Translations under genes and position numbers: made by a program | Assembly (NCBI GenBank): GCA_020184695.1 | Contig: JAANOX010000253.1 | Span: 124,001 to 188,000 of the forward strand | Length of the DNA stretch: 64,000 nt | Direction of reading: 5' to 3' | Source: Histomonas meleagridis 2922-C6/04-290x | Taxonomy: Eukaryota > Protista > Parabasalia | Shown: positions 21,801 to 34,600 of the stretch, piece after piece | How positions within the stretch are numbered: the stretch's first letter is position 1 | Layout of the letters: each line of letters starts with the position of its first letter | The notes under the pieces: model-generated | What the model was told of the DNA's origin: nothing | The model's input: only the letters and a program-made list of their open reading frames with translations | Databases searched by the model: none

Positions 21801-24800
21801 GATCATCAGTTTGGTCGAATTGGTGATTTTCAAATATTTCCATTTGGTTTAAATCATAAAGAAGTCAAAAAATTAATTAAATCTCCATGGAAAATTATGG
21901 ACAAATGTTTATTCCCTTCAAATGTAATAGTTAATCCTTCACATAATGGTACATATATTATTAATCGAAATAAAGCAATTCAAAAAAATATATTTACTTC
22001 TGCTAATACGAAATTAAAAGTTAATGTTTATGATACTTATCCTTCACCTTTATCTATTTTAGATGTAATGGTAAATTGTAATGAATGTAATTTCTTAGCA
22101 AAATTCTTTAATCATTTTGAAAATTCGACATTTGGTTATACTTCAATGATATTAGGAATGATTGGACAATTATTTAAGAGAAGTTTAACAACGCAAAAAA
22201 TGTTTCATTCAATTGATATAATTATTTATAACTTAAATAATCATTCTAAAATGCTTTCATCAGATTTATATTTATCTTTTATTAATGTATTTGATAATAT
22301 TACTTTTATAGACTTAAAGAAACAATGGTTTGAAACATTTATCTTAAATCCTTTATTATGGTCGAAATGTTCTTCAAATAATTTTTATATTATATTAAAA
22401 CATTGGAATTCAAATTTAATTGAAACTTATAAAGATATTTTCATCGAATTTTCTTCAACTAATGAATCATATTTTTCAAATTTGTTACATCAATATATGA
22501 TATTGTTTTGTTTGAAAGAAGATAATTCATCTGAATTTGATTTTAATGATAATAATCAAAAATTATTAAATGAAACTTATACAAATGAAATGATTATTAA
22601 ATGTGATGATTTATTTATTATGTTACTTTCAAGAGTTGCATTTATTCGATTAACTAAAAATGATATTGAAAATCTATTTTTACAAATTAATAATTGGAAA
22701 AATAAAGAAAACTTAGTACGACTATTAAAATTACTTTGTAATATATCTAAACCAATAATAAATGAAATTAAGACATTAGATAAATATTTATTAAATCTTC
22801 ATAGTTTATTAGGTAATGAAGATATTGATATTATTGAAGGTTGTTTATTATCAATCATAGAATTAACAGGGAATTCATGTATACCACATTTAGTTAGTGC
22901 TGGATTTCAATTTAATAATTATTCGAATCAATTTTCGATTTTAAATAGAATGAAAGAACATATTGAAAAGCCAGAAATATTTCCTTTATTATGTATTTTA
23001 TCATTACATTTAGGTGATAAAACACATGAAATAATTTGTAATACATTTAAAGAAATACAAGAAAAAGAATTAAATGTTAAAACTAATTCATTATGGTTTA
23101 TATATCCAGTTTTATTATCATTTAAAACTAATTTAGAATATACACAAGATATTTATAAATTTATTTCCTATATTTTATTCTTAGAAAATGATGAAGATAA
23201 AATAATTAATGAAATTAATCAAATTTGTTCATTTATTTTCTTGATACGAAATTATTATAACTTTGAAATTAATCATTATTTCTTATTTTTAGAAGAAATT
23301 CAACCTTATGTAATTCGAAGTGATTCTATTAAAACATTTAAAGCAATTATAGAAAATGCATTTCATTTTACTTTTTATTCATTCTTTATTAATAAAATTC
23401 ATCATAATGATTTAATTAAATTATATAATGAGTCAATATTTTATGATAATGATTTTGTTGAATTTGAACCTAAAATTGATCAACAACAACAACTTGACTT
23501 AAATATTGAAGATGATAATTTTATAATAAATTTACCCGAAAAAATTAAAGTTAATTCATTACATCAAATGTTTTCTTTAGATTTAGATGAAAATAATAAT
23601 TGGAAAAATTTGGATGTAGCAAAAATTACTGTTTCTTTAATGATGGCAACTAATAAAACAAATGAATTTTCAAATTATTATAATATTTTCATGAATTATA
23701 TTGATAAAGAACAAGTTCAAAGTGATATACGTAATAAATTATTCCAAAATTCTGAGCAATTCTTTGAATTTAATAAAAACGAAAGTGAAAACTTAATGAA
23801 AAACATGTTAAATAAAATATTTTCTAATATTAAAACTGAATATGAACAAATATATAAAATCATTCATGAAAAATCAACTAATTTTGATACAAAAGCAACA
23901 GAAAACTTAACAAATGAATATGAAAATTGTATAAATAAAATCCCTAAAAATATAAATCATGAAATAATATTAAAACGTGATTTCTTATCATGTGGTAATT
24001 GTTATTGTTCACCTAAATTCAAAATAAAGAAATATTATAAAAATGAAAATAATTCCGAATTAAATTTAGGAAAAATTAATATAACATATAAAGCAAATGC
24101 TAAACTTATAAAATATTCAAAAATAATTGAAATTAAATTCCAAGTAACATCTGATCGATATTTATTAATATATAATCATACTAAAGTAATCAAATTTACG
24201 CAAATACAAAACTTATTTTATAAAAGGAAAATGACTGCAATAGAAATATTATTAAACACAGGGAAATCATATTTAATTGATTTTGAATCTACAGAACCAA
24301 TTAATCGATTAATATTACATCCGAAACCAATAAATGAAATGAGGCAATTTATAATACAGAATTGGTTAAGTAATCAATTCTCTAATTTCGAAACTATAAT
24401 GTTTTTAAATTTATTATCAGGACGAAGTTATCATGACTCAACAATGTATCCAATATTTCCAAACATATTAACAAATTTCGATGATATTAATTCATTACGT
24501 AATAATATTGGAATTATGGAAAAACCCGAATTAAACATATTACCTGAAATCGATGTTAAAGATGCAATTAATAATCATTCAATTTTACCTGTTGACTTTT
24601 ATACTACTCCTGAACTTATTAATGAAGTACCAGAATGGGCAACGAATTCATTTGATTTTATATATAAATTACGTAAAAATTTGGAGTCGAAATATATTAC
24701 TGAGAATCTTCATTTATGGTTACAATTAATATTTTCACATGGTTCATTAATGAATCATATTCCAATATTTGATAAACCAATTCAACAAAAGTTTTATAGA

Positions 24801-25694
24801 ACAAATTTCGAGAAATATCTCAAAAAATATGAATTAAAACTTGACGGAAAAGTTATAGTAACATCTTCAAGAATTAATGAAAACAATTTACAAACAATTA
24901 TTAATGATGGATCAATATTACGTATACAATATGATATTAATGAAGGAGTAAAATCAACAAAAGTTGGTCATTTTAAAGATGTTGATATTCCTCAAAGTAT
25001 ATTTTATAATGAGAATAAGAAAATTGCTTTGTTTTCGAAGGATCAACATAAGTCATTAATATTTGAAAACACTTCAATCATTTCGAATATTACTATGTTT
25101 TCTGAGCTTGAGTTAATTGCTTTATGTGATGATAAAATTTTGTTTTGTCCTGACGCTTCGACTATAGCTATAGTTAATGAGAATGAGCCATTAAAAGTTT
25201 TATGTAATTCGAATAGTAGAATTATAGCTATTGAAGCAAGTTCTATTTTCAAAATATTTGTGTTCGCAACAATTGATGGGTATTTATATATCCATAACGT
25301 TTTAAATGGCGATTTGATTAAGGAAATTAATTTAGGTTATGAAGTTAGAAAAATTTTAATCACATTAAAATGGGGTTTAATTGTGGCTTTCACAATGAGT
25401 AATGACGCATTCGTATTAAACGTTAATGGAAACTTAATAAAAAAGGTTCAAATGAAAGAAAAAATTAAAAATTGTTTCCCGTTTTACTCCAAAGAAGCGT
25501 TCGATTTCGTGGCGTTCGAAAGTGAATCGCACGTAATAAAATTCTTTGAGGCTGCTAATCCTGAGAAAATTTGGAGGCTTTTGGACCCTGAAGAACATGT
25601 GTCATTGGTTGTGTTCGATCCTAAAAAATCATTGTTCACTGTTTTGACGAAACATGGAAAGGTGATACTTATAACACATGATATTCAAGTATAA
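18819..25694 (+). CDS. BEACH-domain protein (PH-BEACH-WD40 C-terminus, divergent, shortened BEACH), 2291 aa
   Basis: SNFETIMFLNLLSGRSYHDSTMYPIFP; LPVDFYTTPE..NEVPEWA..SFDFI..LRKNLES..ITENLHLWLQLIF; WD40-like C-terminus. Confidence 0.88.
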   Translation: MGLFGRSKSQIKSPIAVLINYYYEVCTKGIDEQNSYPNEIQILKYNITSLDKQAAQNICKIEKIPEALNKFCPTFKFCADFLKIFLLFYSTQPKVSEGYVIIVCFQVLQWVYNESEKNPKDLSILIDCISLIKETPIRTFVNTITNSFLQTISTLPPEFCSDSFLHSFLGFLATNQYFQPGDFPNVTPFLKLISNSDNNELNNSLIKIIYDLDNHKSPVLQTDDIQTLTEIISPYIERLNYIGMSVLESFVLRCPENKIYLINNLFLLMATSLIECIQSSKQPYKYPENILTDPTLPKDCSLKSLTYQFITELNGNIKDNYPPPFEILEKKIDLDAMMSEQILVNIQEISSSFAILADEEIGKNVHLSFFETLLVNVRASSTEYYLQSCSCFLYILQNYKNKKFFEKNLIDLQKIIFTYNTMNVFQDGEFNICINTIRDVFIEILIDVYPELIHELILSLEENAFIFTELLIRILMKSKKINLTILNTKQFFNAISINALKLQHLNIEDKSELVQKTRNSIFIFMSELALNPLTSYSAISNSKFGYGYIRYIFEQPLSLSVLITVRNALSQIHYESGKIELKTLLLNLKNSIISCVVNFDDNMYESLCSNILNNLLYSFKQNPKISLIFEPLIEPFSNYILKQPNEKMLLDILTFYSFISSLKKNFEINESLLNALFNCIKSVYNDEPTTLIESKLFGLLRRTISSPSNSMFLISLPSALPLIIASFGKSKRIVSIIKYIQSLCDYSDYNRRLCHDGDLDLILSKFICMKPNEKIINYRGCKFELQFDKETIKNIVIPLMSSIIISKSSNINSHYLVERIVNEQNYQICDLLGKVISKCQNIPSPVFSLCYSDSLFDVNGVDSTDLNNNFTIHFMINLDIRLLMESNVHIKVLTLIDTHDNELILFINQMTLYAKYESNTTRTTVVLVKIQDSNVWTHITIVFYFQEKSILLHNYRNLTKLNDSELCNFKFNEGPVQVIFGGIDYQNPISPEWQDHQFGRIGDFQIFPFGLNHKEVKKLIKSPWKIMDKCLFPSNVIVNPSHNGTYIINRNKAIQKNIFTSANTKLKVNVYDTYPSPLSILDVMVNCNECNFLAKFFNHFENSTFGYTSMILGMIGQLFKRSLTTQKMFHSIDIIIYNLNNHSKMLSSDLYLSFINVFDNITFIDLKKQWFETFILNPLLWSKCSSNNFYIILKHWNSNLIETYKDIFIEFSSTNESYFSNLLHQYMILFCLKEDNSSEFDFNDNNQKLLNETYTNEMIIKCDDLFIMLLSRVAFIRLTKNDIENLFLQINNWKNKENLVRLLKLLCNISKPIINEIKTLDKYLLNLHSLLGNEDIDIIEGCLLSIIELTGNSCIPHLVSAGFQFNNYSNQFSILNRMKEHIEKPEIFPLLCILSLHLGDKTHEIICNTFKEIQEKELNVKTNSLWFIYPVLLSFKTNLEYTQDIYKFISYILFLENDEDKIINEINQICSFIFLIRNYYNFEINHYFLFLEEIQPYVIRSDSIKTFKAIIENAFHFTFYSFFINKIHHNDLIKLYNESIFYDNDFVEFEPKIDQQQQLDLNIEDDNFIINLPEKIKVNSLHQMFSLDLDENNNWKNLDVAKITVSLMMATNKTNEFSNYYNIFMNYIDKEQVQSDIRNKLFQNSEQFFEFNKNESENLMKNMLNKIFSNIKTEYEQIYKIIHEKSTNFDTKATENLTNEYENCINKIPKNINHEIILKRDFLSCGNCYCSPKFKIKKYYKNENNSELNLGKINITYKANAKLIKYSKIIEIKFQVTSDRYLLIYNHTKVIKFTQIQNLFYKRKMTAIEILLNTGKSYLIDFESTEPINRLILHPKPINEMRQFIIQNWLSNQFSNFETIMFLNLLSGRSYHDSTMYPIFPNILTNFDDINSLRNNIGIMEKPELNILPEIDVKDAINNHSILPVDFYTTPELINEVPEWATNSFDFIYKLRKNLESKYITENLHLWLQLIFSHGSLMNHIPIFDKPIQQKFYRTNFEKYLKKYELKLDGKVIVTSSRINENNLQTIINDGSILRIQYDINEGVKSTKVGHFKDVDIPQSIFYNENKKIALFSKDQHKSLIFENTSIISNITMFSELELIALCDDKILFCPDASTIAIVNENEPLKVLCNSNSRIIAIEASSIFKIFVFATIDGYLYIHNVLNGDLIKEINLGYEVRKILITLKWGLIVAFTMSNDAFVLNVNGNLIKKVQMKEKIKNCFPFYSKEAFDFVAFESESHVIKFFEAANPEKIWRLLDPEEHVSLVVFDPKKSLFTVLTKHGKVILITHDIQV

Positions 25695-25893
25695 AAAAGT
25701 GTTTAATAAAGCAAAACGAAGATAAATATTTTTATGAAAATAGACATAAATTTTATTTTCAGGGTGAGACAAAAGAGTTTGAAATTTCAAAAAAGTTTTC
25801 AATTTTTGCTTTTTATATTATTTTCTTCAAATTAAGCTGCAATTTAGGATTCTTCCTTATTTAATTTCCCAATATTTATGGGTAATTATCACA

Positions 25894-27674
25894 TTGATAC
25901 CACTTATACCAATTATTGTTAAGGCTAAGGCTACATCAACAATAATCTTTCATTCAAATTCAAACGGATTTAATTCATCAAAACCACCTATTTGGTTTCT
26001 TCATATAACGGACATTCATCTCGCAGAGCTCAAACCAACGCTTTATAATTTTGTATTTGACTCTGTGAATAAATCAATTCATACTTTTAAGCCTAAAAAA
26101 ATTATTAACTCCGGAGACATTGCAGACAATTATGTAAATGATGAATTTCGACCATACATAGCTCAAAATATTTCTGACTGGAATTGTTATCTCAAATTAT
26201 TATCTGATTTAAATATAACAGATCCAATACACGTTGGCGGTAATCATGATGTCTTTGAAATCATTTCATTTGATTCTAAAAAACATTATGCAAATGGAAT
26301 TCTTTACAATAAATCAACAGTTCCAGTTCACAAAATTCCATATAATAACGAGGGTTACAATATTACATTTGTAGAACTTAATCCACATACATTTCCAGCT
26401 CCTGAAATCCGTTTTACTTGGTGGGTTTATCCAAGATCTAATACTTTGGATATAATCAAAAAAGAACTTTCCGATGATTCTTTGAAGATTGTTATTTGTC
26501 ATTTTCCAGCACTGATGTGGTATCCATCATTTTCAACGATTCTTAAAAATTCAAATAATGTACGACTTTATTTAGCCGGTCATTTACATCCAAAAACGCC
26601 AAAATTTAGACATCACGGAAATGCACTTGAAATCATTGGAACTCCTTTGTTTAGGGATAATCAAATAGGTTTGATAACAGTTGATAATAATGCGATTTCG
26701 TATCACCAGTTGACTTTGGATAAAACATGTTATTCTGTAATGACAAATCCAATTCCTGATTATCAAGCAAAATAGTTATAATTATTTCAAGGACATAAAA
26801 GAAATAAGAGCCATATCATTTTGTCAACAACCACAAAACTTAAAATATCAAATTCAAGATGGTGAAGAGAAAACACTTAAATGCAACAAGAAGCTTGAAG
26901 ATGGCGTTTTCCTTTGCACCGATACTGTAAACCTATCAAAAGGGACATATGATATGAAATTGATTGGCGATTGGAACGATAGATTCACTTTTACGGTTGG
27001 CGACTCGATCGAAAGCTTTAAAGAAGAACCTTATATTGATGAACCTTCGATATCATATCTTACAGGATTTATTATTTCTGTTATCATTATTTTGTTTGTC
27101 ACTTTTCCAATCAAAATTTTCAAATTTACTGATCAAATTGATGGATGGATTCACAATTCATTTGAAGAAAAATCACAAAAATCGGATTTCTAGCTTACCG
27201 AAATATATTCGATTTTCTTTGTTTTTTTCTTTGTTCTTTTTAATATTTATCTTTCCAATTTCTTTCTTCAAAATCGAAGAAACAACTTCAGCGTTAATGA
27301 GTTGGGGAATTGTATCTAATGGAATTTATACATTTAATTTTTATGGCGGTAGATATGCTCTTTATTATTTGTACGAAGTAATAATTCCATTTATTCTTGT
27401 CGTTTCTTCTATTTCATTCACAAGGTTAAAATCTTTAATAGTTTTAATAGATTTAATAATTTATTTGATATGTTTAGGAATGTTATTTAATGTTTTGAAA
27501 CTATTGTGTAACTCTGTGACTATTAAACTTGGGTGTTTGTCGCCATCGTTTATCTTTGTTCCAATTATTATGTGCATAATTTTACTTGTTCATATCATAA
27601 AATCATTTGGAAAAAAAGAAAATAAAAATTCGGGTCAATCAATTAATACAGTGAGCAATATGAAAATATCTTAA
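25894..27674 (+). pseudogene. Calcineurin-like metallophosphoesterase with C-terminal TM segments (TMEM62-like architecture), two frameshifts
   Basis: Motifs HITDIH, SGDIAD, GGNHD, CHFP, AGHLH. The frame switches at GCAAAATAG (~26770) and again near 27170-27190 into a multi-TM C-terminus; no in-frame ATG found at the 5' end. Confidence 0.75.
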
Positions 27675-27971
27675 TGATCAAAAGTTCATATAAATAAAAT
27701 TAATTTTCTTTTCACCATATTTTTTCAAATTATATATAGCTATTCGTTTAGAAATAAATCAATATATTACAAACAAAAGAATTAACAAAACTCGTTGAAA
27801 CACTTAAGTGAATAAAGGTATTCAATTTTATCACTCAATTAATGAAATCCTACGAAATCTTATAAAATGTTCTGATAAATAATCATAAACGTGCTTCTGT
27901 TAACGGTTTTTACTTTTGAATGAATTTAACAGAAAACAAAATAAACATCTCAAAATTCTACCCGTTCCAAA

Positions 27972-28187
27972 ATGAGTTCAACAAATTTCAATTTTCTTCT
28001 TATAGGGTTAGGAATCGGACTTGTGATCCTAATTATATCATTTATTTTCATATTTTGTTTCATGTCAGACAACAGAAAATCAAAACAAGATTCATACCAG
28101 AAAATAATCCCACCAATCTTTTATACGCAAGGAATAGAAGATCCTCTTCTTCAAAACGACCTTGTAGAAAACCTCAAAGTTCCATAA
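27972..28187 (+). CDS. Small single-pass membrane protein (71 aa)
   Basis: ATG start; hydrophobic stretch FLLIGLGIGLVILIISFIFIFCF followed by a charged tail. Confidence 0.5.
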   Translation: MSSTNFNFLLIGLGIGLVILIISFIFIFCFMSDNRKSKQDSYQKIIPPIFYTQGIEDPLLQNDLVENLKVP

Positions 28188-28600
28188 GTTTAGTAATAAA
28201 TGTTCTTGTTTGAATTAAATAATTTTTTGATTTTTAATATGTTCACTAACAACAACATCATAATACTCTATAAGCAGTATTTTTGGTCGCTTTTGTGAGA
28301 TGTAATCACATAGGATTAAAGAATTCCAGTCAATGACATCACTTTGAACCTAACAAGAAACAAATGCACATAAACGTCCTTCAAATATGACAAATTTGGG
28401 GTAGTCCATTAAAACGGTCACCTGTTTATTGATCAAGAAACTGTTTTTCACAGAAAAAACCATCGTCATTCTGAAATTCCTATCGTTTGTACACGGATTT
28501 TTGATTCTAACAGTAAAGTAACTTAAGATGAGCAAAAATTTTTGTAATGAATTGGAAAAACAAATTTTTTTTTAATTAAATTTTTTACTAAATGTTATTT

Positions 28601-31600
28601 TCAACCGAGTTCTGCTAATCTCTTTTCAGATTTCTCTAATATAATACGGGCCCTAATTACTCTTGATTCCAATTCGAGTCTCTTTAGCAAGCTGTCCTTT
28701 GACGATCCAGCTCTGAATGTGATTACTCCCTTTTCTCTTGCTTCTTCTCTTCTTCTCTTTTGTTCACGTTTATTATTAAGTGCGTTTTCAGCTGATTTCT
28801 CCAAAGCGTTTGCATTCTTGCAAATCATCACCACATTTTCTCTGAGTGCTTTAGCTTCTTGCGATTCATTTTGATGTGGTTTTGCGAATTGTTCACCGAT
28901 TTTCGTTACTGCTTTCATTCTTTCGATGATTAAAGTTTCAGGTTCTTCGATCTTTTTCTCATCAGTTATTTGATTTGATACGTCGATTAATAATTTCATT
29001 TGATTTGTTACGTTTTCGGTCATTGATAAATAACTATCAATGCTTTGTTGATTACTGTTATGATCCTTTGTGTATAACACAACATGATTAACAGAGTCAC
29101 ATAATGTCATACCGATTCCTAACATATTTGTAGCATATTCACGACATATACTTGACTTTAATTTCTTGATCTTTGTGTTAAGTAATGATTCCATTGATGA
29201 TTTAACTTCGATAAGTGGATTTAATACTTTAGTGAACTTAGCGATTTTAGCATTTTGTACTTTCGCTTCTTGTTCTGCAATAGTTAAAACGTTTTGTACT
29301 ATTTTCTCTGTTTCATTAAGTGCGTTTTGTATGTTGTCACGATATTTAGGTGATTGACCTTCCCAATCGCCACTTAACATGAATTTACTACGTAATTCCT
29401 TAAGTAACAAATCAAAGTTCACTGCAATTGTATTACTTGTTGTAGCTAAACCACTTTGGAATTCAAGGTTCATTGATATTGCTGAAACTCTAAGTGTTTG
29501 AAGGATTACATTATCTATTGCATCATATACTTGATTCATTGAATCAGCATATTGTCCATTCTTAGAATTAGGGAATAATGCAAAGAATGATTTAATCTTT
29601 TGTTGATATACATTAATATAATCCTTTAATTTCTTAATTGCTTCTGGTATCTTAAGTCCAATTGTATCATTAGGTACTGATGGAATTTCATAACGTTTCC
29701 TTAACTTCTGTGCACTTTCTAAATCTGGTACAATTGGGACTACATCAGTAAGTTTATTAATGATTAATGTTAAGTTATAGAATGAATCACTTAAGTTAAT
29801 GAAATCAAATGTTAAATCAAATAAAGCAGAATCTTTCATATTAATTGTTGGGTTCTTAGCTTTAGACTTAAATTGTCCATATTGTGACTTAATATTATTA
29901 AATAGTTCATTAAAATCATTTGCAGCATTCTTATCTGTGTTAAGTTTTAATAATGTTTGTGATTTATTTTCTAAATCTTTCATGAATTTATCAAGTTTTT
30001 GTATTTGTGATGTAAAGAATATATCAAATGTTTCAGGTATTTTAGATACTGCTCTAGCTGTAATAGTAGATGAAAGTAATTTAATGAAATCAGATTGAAT
30101 ATGAATAAATTCTAATTTAGATGTATTAATTGGTGTTGTAGGTTTAGTTGTATATGATGGTGTTTTAGTATCTTCCATAATATCCATCATAGAATCAAAC
30201 ATTCTATTAAATGAGCGTGTAGAACGACGTATTGATGTAGAAGATACAGCAGAAGTCTTAAGATAATCAAGCATTGAACGAATAGATATCATTGATGAAT
30301 CAAATATTCGAACACAATCATTATAAATTGATTGATTTTGACATGATGTAATATTTAATCCTTGGAATATTGCTGCAATAGAATTAGAGATTAACTCTAT
30401 AATACTTGCAATAGAATTAGTCTTCTCAACTTTATTCCTATTTTGTACTGAATCAATTAATTTCTTAGTTGAATGACTAATGCCTTGAATAGAAGTAGAT
30501 ATAACTTTTTGTACTTCTGGTGCTGTCTTAATCTTTTCGATTAATTCATATGGATTCTTAGTTTCTTTATTAATGATTGTTATTAAATCTTTACGTAAGT
30601 CAGTCATAGCTGTTTGTAATTCAGTACTAAGTTTACCATGAATTGCATATGATTTTTCTACTAATGGTATAATCTTTTGAATCTTTGGTTCAATAGATTT
30701 AAGATATGAATTATTTGTACCAAATGATAATGAATAAATATCAAGTCCTTTATAATGTATAATTTCTTTGTTAAGTAAATCAATGTCTTGATTTTGTATT
30801 GCTTTAGCCATTGAAGCTAAACAATTAATACAATGTGCAACTGGATCTTCATCTTTTCTTTCTACAATTGCTGAATCAATGTTTTGGAACATTGATAATA
30901 AATTAGCTAATGTCTTTCTAAAGTTAGATGAAGTTTCTGGTGTAGTCTTCATACAAGAAGTATTTTGAAGTGTTTCAATTGATGATAATATGTTTAATGG
31001 ATTTAATTTAAGTTGTGATTTAACTTGAGGTTTAAGTGTTGATGAATATCTTGCATAAGAAGCTACAAGTTGTGGAGCAATTTCAACTAATTTACGTAAA
31101 TCATTTGAATATGAAGTAGATTTAGAATCATAAATAGATGTAATAATATTTAATGCTTCTGTATTTTCTGTAACTAAAATAGATTTAACTTCTTCTGGTG
31201 GAATACTATACATAGTTGGTACTATTGTAATAAATCCTTGATAAGCTGAAGCAATTCTTGATGCATTTTGTCGTTCACTTGGGATTTTAACATCCATAAT
31301 TGGTCCAATTAAAATATCATCATAATTAATTGACTTATCAAAGAATGAAGATAATTCAGTAATATCATCTTTCTCTAATGATTCAACAATATTAACATTT
31401 GTTGGTGTAATTGTATCAATTAAATTAGTTAATATTGTAAGTCCTCTTGCATTAGTTTCTTTAGTTTGTTTAGAATATGTATGAATTACATCTTCAACTG
31501 AAGTATTAATTGTAATTAATGACTTTAACATATCTTGATAATCTATAACTTCAACTTGTGTAAATGGATCTGAAATTGCTGATTCATAAGAAGAAGTATT

Positions 31601-34600
31601 ATGTACAAATTCATCAATACCTTTAATTCCCTTTAATTGTTTAAGTTTAACTTCTTCTAATTTCTCACTTACACAAATCCTTGTAAATTGTTCATCAACT
31701 AATTTAGAAGCTGCTTTAACTTTAGTTTGTGAAAGTGGTTTAAGTGGTGTTAATAATTGTAATGATGAAGTTAATTGTGGTTTTTGATCTTCAATCAATT
31801 GTTCAGTAGATTTAACAATTGTAGTTTGTAAATTACTTGTAACATTTGATAATGTAATTCCTTTAAGTTGTGCATCTTTAGATTCTTTAGAATTATTTGT
31901 AGTCATTTGTTGTAACATTAATTGTTCAACAATTAATTGATCTTTCTTAGTATGTTCTAAAATATTATTTAATTTAGAATTATCATTAATAACTTTAACT
32001 TGTTCAATTAATGAAGAAGATAACTTAGGTATATCATTAGGTTTAATTTCTTTAAGTGCATTTTCAACATCTGAATCATTAATCGATGAAAGTATTGGAC
32101 TTAAATCATTACGTGCTTCCATTAATTTAATTAGATTTGATTGTACTCCTTTAATAACAATACTTTCTTGAAGTTCTTTAATCTTCTTTTCAATTTGATC
32201 TAATTTTTCAATTTGTGGTAAATCTTTTGTAGATACAGATACTATACCTATACCTGGTTGACGTTGAATTAAAGCAGCCATATCAAATACACGTGATTCT
32301 TTTTGTAATAATTCATTCATATATGGATCGAATTTAGTTAATTTAGAAGTTTCTGTAATAAGTAATGAATAAATTCTTTGTTGTTCTTCTTTAGTTAAAT
32401 TAGAAATTAATTCTGTTGTAGATGAAATATTTGTAGAAGATAAATCAATTAAACGTTCTAATAATGAACGAGTAATTTCTAATTGATCAGAAGTAAATGA
32501 AGGTTTAGCACTTAAAACTTGTTGACATAATGTTGGATTAATAGTATCAAATGTATTAATTAAATTCTTAATTTGTTCAATTCTATTAAGATTTAATAAT
32601 TTAGAATTACTCTTCTCATAACTATTTATGACTTGTGAATCAGTAAGTGGTTTAATACCATCTAAAGATTTAGTTGAATTCCTAAGTAATGAATTTTGTT
32701 GTGTTTGTAATTCAGTGAATAATTCATTCATTGAGTTATTTAATTCAACTGTTCGTTGTAATCCACCACAATATTTGTATAATAATTCTGGATTTGATAA
32801 GATTCCTTTAATTACAGAAAGAATTTGTTGTTGTTCAAGTAAATCATTTGAAGAAAGTGATTTAGAAACCTTTGATGGATCCATAAATTGTGTAATTAAT
32901 GAATTCATATGTGTAGAAACTTGTGAAGCTTTTAATGATTCAGCATTCATAGGTTGATTTAATTTAGTTGTAACTTGTGAAGAATTATTATTAGAAATTA
33001 ATTGTTTTTGTTGAATATCAGAAATCTTTTGCATTAAAGTTAATCTACTAAGTAAATCATAAGCAAATTGTTGAGCTTCTAATATATCTGATGGATTAAC
33101 ATAATAATTTAATTTCGATATTTCTGGATTTTCTTTAATAATTTCTTGTTGTAATAAGTTTAATGATGCAAAAATAGCTGTTTGTGATACATCATCAATA
33201 CCAGCTTCAGATGTCATTATATATTTACCATAATCACCAATTAATAATTTTAATGAATGTTGTAAAATCCTTTGTTGAATAATAATTTGTTCTGGTAATA
33301 AATTCTTTTGGAATGCATTTAATAATTCTGGTGAAGATACTAAATTAATTTGTTTAAGAATATTTTGTTGTTGTTCTAATAATTGATGTGGTGTAATTGG
33401 TGAACTAAGTAATTGTAAACCTTCTGGTGATTGTACAAATTTGAATAAATCTGGAATATTAACTGATAATTGTTGTTGAATAGTAATTAATTGATTAATT
33501 AATGATAATTGTGAATAACCACGTTGAAGTGAAGCGTTTAAGTCATCTGTTTTAATTGATACTTTAGGCATTCCATTAGTTTGAAGCTTTTCTAATATTG
33601 TCTTAAATAATTGATTATGAATTTCATTAGTTTGTTCTACATGTGATTGGATTGATAAATCAACATTACGTTCAATTGCTTGTGATAAATTATGTGTTAA
33701 TAATAATTGTTGTGGTAATATTTGATCTGGTGTTAAACGTGATTGTAATTTATGTAATTCTGATGAAGAAGATAATGCTTCAAATTGTTGTTGAATAGAA
33801 TGAATTGATGAATTAGCTTGATCAGATGTAATATTAGTAATTGGTAATATTTTAGAATTTAATGATGATATTGATTTAATTACATCTGGGAATTCTGAGA
33901 TTTGTTGTTGTTGTAATTGTGAAATACGTTGTGATAACATTGTACGTTCTACTTGTGATAATGTAACATTTTGTTTATCTGAAGTTACTTCTTCAACATT
34001 TGATATTAATTGTCCTAATTTAGATAATAAATCATTTAATTGATTTGGATCGATTGACATCATTGGATCAGATGACTTTTGACTTATTGAATTTAATGCA
34101 ATAGAATGTAATGAAAATTGATATGGTTTACCATTAGAAAGTTTAATTTCTAATTTAGGATTAAATTTATTATTATCAGAAGAACGTTGTTCATTACTTA
34201 ATTTAGGTATAGAAGCTAATAATTTCTCTAATATCTTAGCTGCTTCTTTAACTAAACTTAAAGCTTCTGGATCAGATATCATATTAAGGAATGAATCTAA
34301 ATCTAAAATTATATCATCTTCAATACTATTATAATCAATTGGAATTGATTTCTCCATTAATAATTGTGATTCACTTAACATCTTATTTAATTCATTAATA
34401 TTAATTTGGATTTTAGTGATGTCATTAGTTTCATAAATCTCTTTAACCATATCATTTGCTTTAGAAGATTTATCATAAACTTCTTTAACAGGTACTTTCT
34501 TTTCGATAGCATTAATTAAATTAAGTAATAATGAAGAAATCTTTGCACTACCTAAAGCAAATTCAACTTGTATATCATTAGGATTAGTATTAATAATTGT

